Positions 60,467-64,000 of a stretch of 64,000 nucleotides of DNA are shown here, in pieces (positions within the stretch are counted from its first letter, which is position 1; each line of letters begins with the position of its first letter). The notes under the pieces are model-generated. The model did no database searches. It was not told where the DNA came from and saw nothing but the letters and a program-made list of their open reading frames with translations. The stretch comes from Thermoproteota archaeon. Lineage in GTDB: Archaea > Korarchaeota > Korarchaeia > Korarchaeales > Korarchaeaceae. The position numbers were made by a program, and so were the translations under genes. Where the stretch lies: positions 96,001 to 160,000 of the forward strand of contig JALSOH010000004.1 in NCBI GenBank assembly GCA_026986575.1, written 5' to 3'.

Positions 60467-61173
60467 ACCGTACCTACCTCGCTACAACATCCGCCATACA
60501 GGGTAAATACTAAGCAAAAGGGACACCAGACTATCAAGCATTCCCAGAATGCCGGAACATTTCTACAGCTAGCGCAGCAATTGAGAAGACATGAGATATT
60601 CCATCTACAGCAGTACGCGGAGCAACTGCAGTAGTCCCCACATGAATCATATCCTGGATATGCTGTGCAATTATGAGCGCAACTGCTCAAATTTATATAT
60701 GAACCATTGATGATTCTAGCATCAATTGATATATAGTCTTTATGAGAGCTGAGAATCAACGCTATACTTCTAATTTCATTGACTAATTTAGTGCCCTTCA
60801 TATAAATTAAATACTTTCTTTCCTTAAGTGGGATTAGAAGCAGTACTGCTGTGACTATATCTCCATCGACCGAAAATCTAATGAGCGAGCCTTTAGGTTG
60901 AGATGCCTTAAGATCATTTACATTAAGTGCGCCCCTCTCTATAAGAGAAATCACATCATTTGATTTTAAAGCCTCTGTAACGAAATTTTTGAGCTCTGCT
61001 CCCTCCAGTTTCATGTGATCCAATTCAACAAAATAGGGTTCATTTCTTAATCCTTTGTTCGCCTTTATTTTGAGATCTCCTGTACAAGTAATTGATACTA
61101 TGCTGAGAAGAGATGCCTTTAATGCTTCTTTAATAAACCTCCTTCTGCTCAAATTAATTCTCCATAGGCGCAT
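60448..61173 (-). CDS. Twin-arginine secreted precursor with Cys-rich C-terminal domain (halocin C8-like architecture)
   Basis: SRRRFIK Tat motif; 18 Cys in the last ~77 aa. Confidence 0.65.
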   Translation of the reverse strand: MRLWRINLSRRRFIKEALKASLLSIVSITCTGDLKIKANKGLRNEPYFVELDHMKLEGAELKNFVTEALKSNDVISLIERGALNVNDLKASQPKGSLIRFSVDGDIVTAVLLLIPLKERKYLIYMKGTKLVNEIRSIALILSSHKDYISIDARIINGSYINLSSCAHNCTAYPGYDSCGDYCSCSAYCCRWNISCLLNCCASCRNVPAFWECLIVWCPFCLVFTLYGGCCSEVGTVCQCVP

Positions 61174-61533
61174 GAGCGTAATAGACATTCCTGAAATATA
61201 AATTCTACGTTCTATTCCTATGCATTCTTTCCTTGAGAATCTCACCTTACCCTCTACATTTCCGCCCTCAGGCCATATCGCGTTTAGGGCTTCCTTGAAT
61301 CCTAGATCCGCTGATCTGAACAGTCTGATCGCAAGTTCCTTGAGGTAGAGACCAATTTGCCTCCTTTAACTTGGCCTTTATTAACTCTTTGTTCTTTCTC
61401 GCTTTTGTCTCCTTTATTCTCGTCTCTACGATTCTTCTGAGCTTCTCAGCGCGCGAATAGGATTATTAAAGTTCATCACAGATCTTCGGGAATTCGTTAA
61501 ATACTTCCCGAAGATTTAATGCTTGGAACCCTC

Positions 61534-61945
61534 ATGAGGGACGAAGCCAGAAGGTGGTTCTCTGAGGCGAGATGGAACTTGGAGACCGCTAGGATATTGC
61601 ATGATAGGGGAAGATACAACGCCGCTTGCTTTTACGCTCATAGCCGCGGAGATGGCTGTCAAAGCCCTCTTGATAAGCAGGAACGAGCCTCCTTGGAGCC
61701 ACGGCGTGAGGGCCCTGCTCGAGAGGTATTCGGAGATCAGTGGTGAGGACGTGTCCCTCCTCTTACCTCACGCCAGGGAGCTGGACAGGCACTACATCCC
61801 CTCCAGATATCCGAACGCCCATCCATACGGGACGCCCCACGAGGCTTACGACAAGCCAACCTCCATAAAGGCCATCGGAAGCGCGGAACTAATATTGGGT
61901 TACGTGGAGGATAGGTTGGATGGATCTCAGGAAGCTGGTGAATAG
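61534..61945 (+). pseudogene. HEPN-domain protein, frameshifted at about 61642
   Basis: MRDEARRW...YNAACFYAH / AAEMAVKALL...HGV..LDRHYIPSRYP; GCT CAT A GCC implies a 2-nt loss in the expected Gln codon. Confidence 0.85.
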
Positions 61946-62312
61946 GATAAGGGAGAGGTATAGGGTCTACGCGATCATACTCTTCGGCTCACGGGCCAGG
62001 GGAGACTGGCTCCCTCACAGTGATTACGATCTTCTCGTCGTGGCCGAATTCAAAGAGCCCTTCCTAGACAGGATCTACGAGCTCTCCGGATTGGCTAAGG
62101 GCCCTGTGGAATTCCATCCCTACACCCTCTACGAGGTGAGGGAATTACTGAGGAGGGGCGTTCCATCGATCGTTGATGCCCTCGAGGAGGGCATCGTCCT
62201 CTACGAGGGGGAGGAGTTCAGGGAGGTGAGGGAGCTTTTCGAGGAGATGAAGAGGAAGGGGCTCAGGAGGAGCGGTGTATCGATCATATTGCCCGGAGGT
62301 GATCAGCCGTAG
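61920..62312 (+). CDS. Minimal nucleotidyltransferase (MNT)
   Basis: ILFGSRARGD..PHSDYDLLVV, ALEEG. Confidence 0.92.
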   Translation: MDLRKLVNRIRERYRVYAIILFGSRARGDWLPHSDYDLLVVAEFKEPFLDRIYELSGLAKGPVEFHPYTLYEVRELLRRGVPSIVDALEEGIVLYEGEEFREVRELFEEMKRKGLRRSGVSIILPGGDQP

Positions 62313-63284
62313 GTCTCTTCCACGCCCCCACCCAGCCGGGGATCTGGTGTTCCCGAGTTTTATCGACCCTTCACCCTTCAATACGCTTCTAACGTCGGAT
62401 ATGAAGATCTGAGGTGTGTTGCAAGATCCCAAGCATCCGCAGTAGCTGTAGTAGGGACATGGATCCCTTTTCGTGTGGGTCATCATGTAGCTGACGAACA
62501 TGATACCTCCCAGATCCCTCAGCTCCAGCCCGCACGTCCCGTTAACTAGCGTGTTGGCGGAGCCGCACGACCCCCCGCAGTTCGCTGCTGGTTCACTGCC
62601 CGATAGGGTGATCAGCGCTACGCCCTCACCCATGCCCAAGAACCTCGCTCTGAAGATCATGTGAACGTCGCATGCCGTGCGAGGTGGTTTCTGTCTCGTG
62701 CACCCACTCGCCCTGCCATGTTCGTAGTAAAACCACCAGACATTCCCCTCGGGGTGCATGAGCCCGTGATATATCTCGTTGCACCTCCACATACCATCTC
62801 CGTAACCCTCTGATGGTCCGCTCAGCCTCCTCCACCCCTTCTCCTCCCTAATCCAGAGATCCGCGACCCCTCTCAGGGGGTCCAGTAGGGTGGGCGGTAA
62901 GTCGGCGAAGATCCTAGAAGGCACGCTGCTAAGGGCTAGCTCTGATGCCAGCATCTCGATATAGTGGATGTCGTGACTCCCGTTGAGGGACCATATTATA
63001 ACGAACGGGAGGGTCCTGTTGATTCGCTCGGCGTAATCGAGCAGCTTCCTTATCTCTAACCTGTTAAACCTGAGTGGAGGGACGACGAGGGCGAGAGAAC
63101 CTAGCCTCCTCCCGTATCTCTCGAATACCTCCTTCTCCTTGGCGTAATATTCAACGTCAGGGAGGGATTTGAGGAACATCTCCTTCACGGAATTCCCCCT
63201 AGGAGCTAAGCTTAAGACAAGTCCGCCGATGAGTAGGATAAGGAATAGAGAATTAAGAGCCCTCCTATCGACCGTGGGATCCAT
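62145..63284 (-). CDS. Hypothetical secreted/anchored protein with Cys-rich C-terminal half
   Basis: RR + hydrophobic N-terminus; NCGGSCG, CPYYSYCGCLGSC; 3' end overlaps MNT. Confidence 0.6.
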   Translation of the reverse strand: MDPTVDRRALNSLFLILLIGGLVLSLAPRGNSVKEMFLKSLPDVEYYAKEKEVFERYGRRLGSLALVVPPLRFNRLEIRKLLDYAERINRTLPFVIIWSLNGSHDIHYIEMLASELALSSVPSRIFADLPPTLLDPLRGVADLWIREEKGWRRLSGPSEGYGDGMWRCNEIYHGLMHPEGNVWWFYYEHGRASGCTRQKPPRTACDVHMIFRARFLGMGEGVALITLSGSEPAANCGGSCGSANTLVNGTCGLELRDLGGIMFVSYMMTHTKRDPCPYYSYCGCLGSCNTPQIFISDVRSVLKGEGSIKLGNTRSPAGWGRGRDLRLITSGQYDRYTAPPEPLPLHLLEKLPHLPELLPLVEDDALLEGINDRWNAPPQ

Positions 63285-63376
63285 GCATCCTTTCCTATGT
63301 CGTACCGGGTGCAATGTTATAAGATCTGATGCGCTGCCCTCGAGTCAGTTTTTAATTTCGAGGGGAGCAATAAATT

Positions 63377-63674
63377 GGGGGAGAGGAGGCCGGGGGTTAC
63401 GGCCGTAAGGCTGAGGAAGGTCCGCCCACGCCCCCAGCACCGCCTCCCCGTAAGGGGATGCCCCGAGAGGGGCAGGAAGGCCCACAGAAACGACACGTCC
63501 CTCGGGGCATGGCGATGATGCCGGTGAGGCAGAGGACCCCGAGGGGACCGGTGAAACGGGGCCCCGGCGGTGTGCAAGCCAGTCCCCGCAATGAGCAGCT
63601 GGGGCGAGCGGGGGGTAGGCGCTCAGCCGAATCCCCCAAGTACAGAAGGCGGACTATGGCCTCCACTCCCCCCC
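63377..63674 (+). ncRNA. rnpB: RNase P RNA
   Basis: GAGGAAGGTCC, CAGAAA, TGAAAC, GCAAG, ACAGAAGGCGGACTAT; paired termini. Confidence 0.93.
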
Positions 63675-63836
63675 CAACGAGATCCCACTCCCCCTAACTG
63701 AAATGGGGGTGCGGGAAGATCATGACCATATAGCGCAGGAGAGACGGCTCCAAGCCAAAAGAGGAGAGAATAGCCTTCCACCGCTTGGGAAATCTTTAAA
63801 TATGGGAAATTCAGGTATAGGATGGCGGGGCGAAGC

Positions 63837-63910
63837 AGCGGGGTGGGGCAGCCTGGTAGCCCGCCGGGCTCATAACCCGGAGGTCGGTGGTTCAAATCCA
63901 CCCCCCGCTA
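63837..63910 (+). tRNA. Initiator tRNA-Met(CAU)
   Basis: A1-U72, GGG/CCC anticodon stem, ct-CAT-aa. Confidence 0.93.
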
Positions 63911-64000
63911 CTTGAAAAGTTTTGACATTATTTCGTGTTTTCTGATGTATATTTTCCTATAAATCCGAGTTATTGAATAAAACCATCTATAACATCCCCT

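Noticed and set aside
63317-63915. Short ORFs near the window end
   Set aside because: Overlap RNase P RNA and tRNA-iMet.

Overview
Chromosomal window from a thermophilic archaeon, most consistent with Korarchaeota. This is inferred from the archaeal 16S-23S operon without an ITS tRNA or linked 5S, an intron-containing tRNA-Ile(UAU), and two ftsZ genes plus sepF alongside archaeal information-processing genes. Positions 1-53.3 kb are dense housekeeping sequence: aRF1, rpoE'/spt4, ribosomal proteins, intein-containing RtcB, proteasome beta, aCPSF1, glycine cleavage H/PA/PB, CarS, topo VI, TyrRS, tRNAs, two C/D-box sRNAs and the rRNA operon; the window holds 13 tRNA genes in all. Between the 23S end and RNase P RNA/tRNA-iMet (about 53.3-63.3 kb) lies an AT-richer accessory island with the most interesting content. 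(1) A six-gene cluster laid out like a head-to-tail circular bacteriocin locus: a 100-aa precursor with an Asn-ending hydrophobic leader, a SpoIIM/DUF95-like protein, a Yip1-like protein, an ABC ATPase and two permeases. (2) A twin-arginine precursor with an 18-Cys C-terminal domain (halocin C8-like layout) plus a coupled membrane protein. (3) Intact and decaying toxin-antitoxin modules. All calls are by eye from the sequence and from recalled family motifs; no database searches were run.
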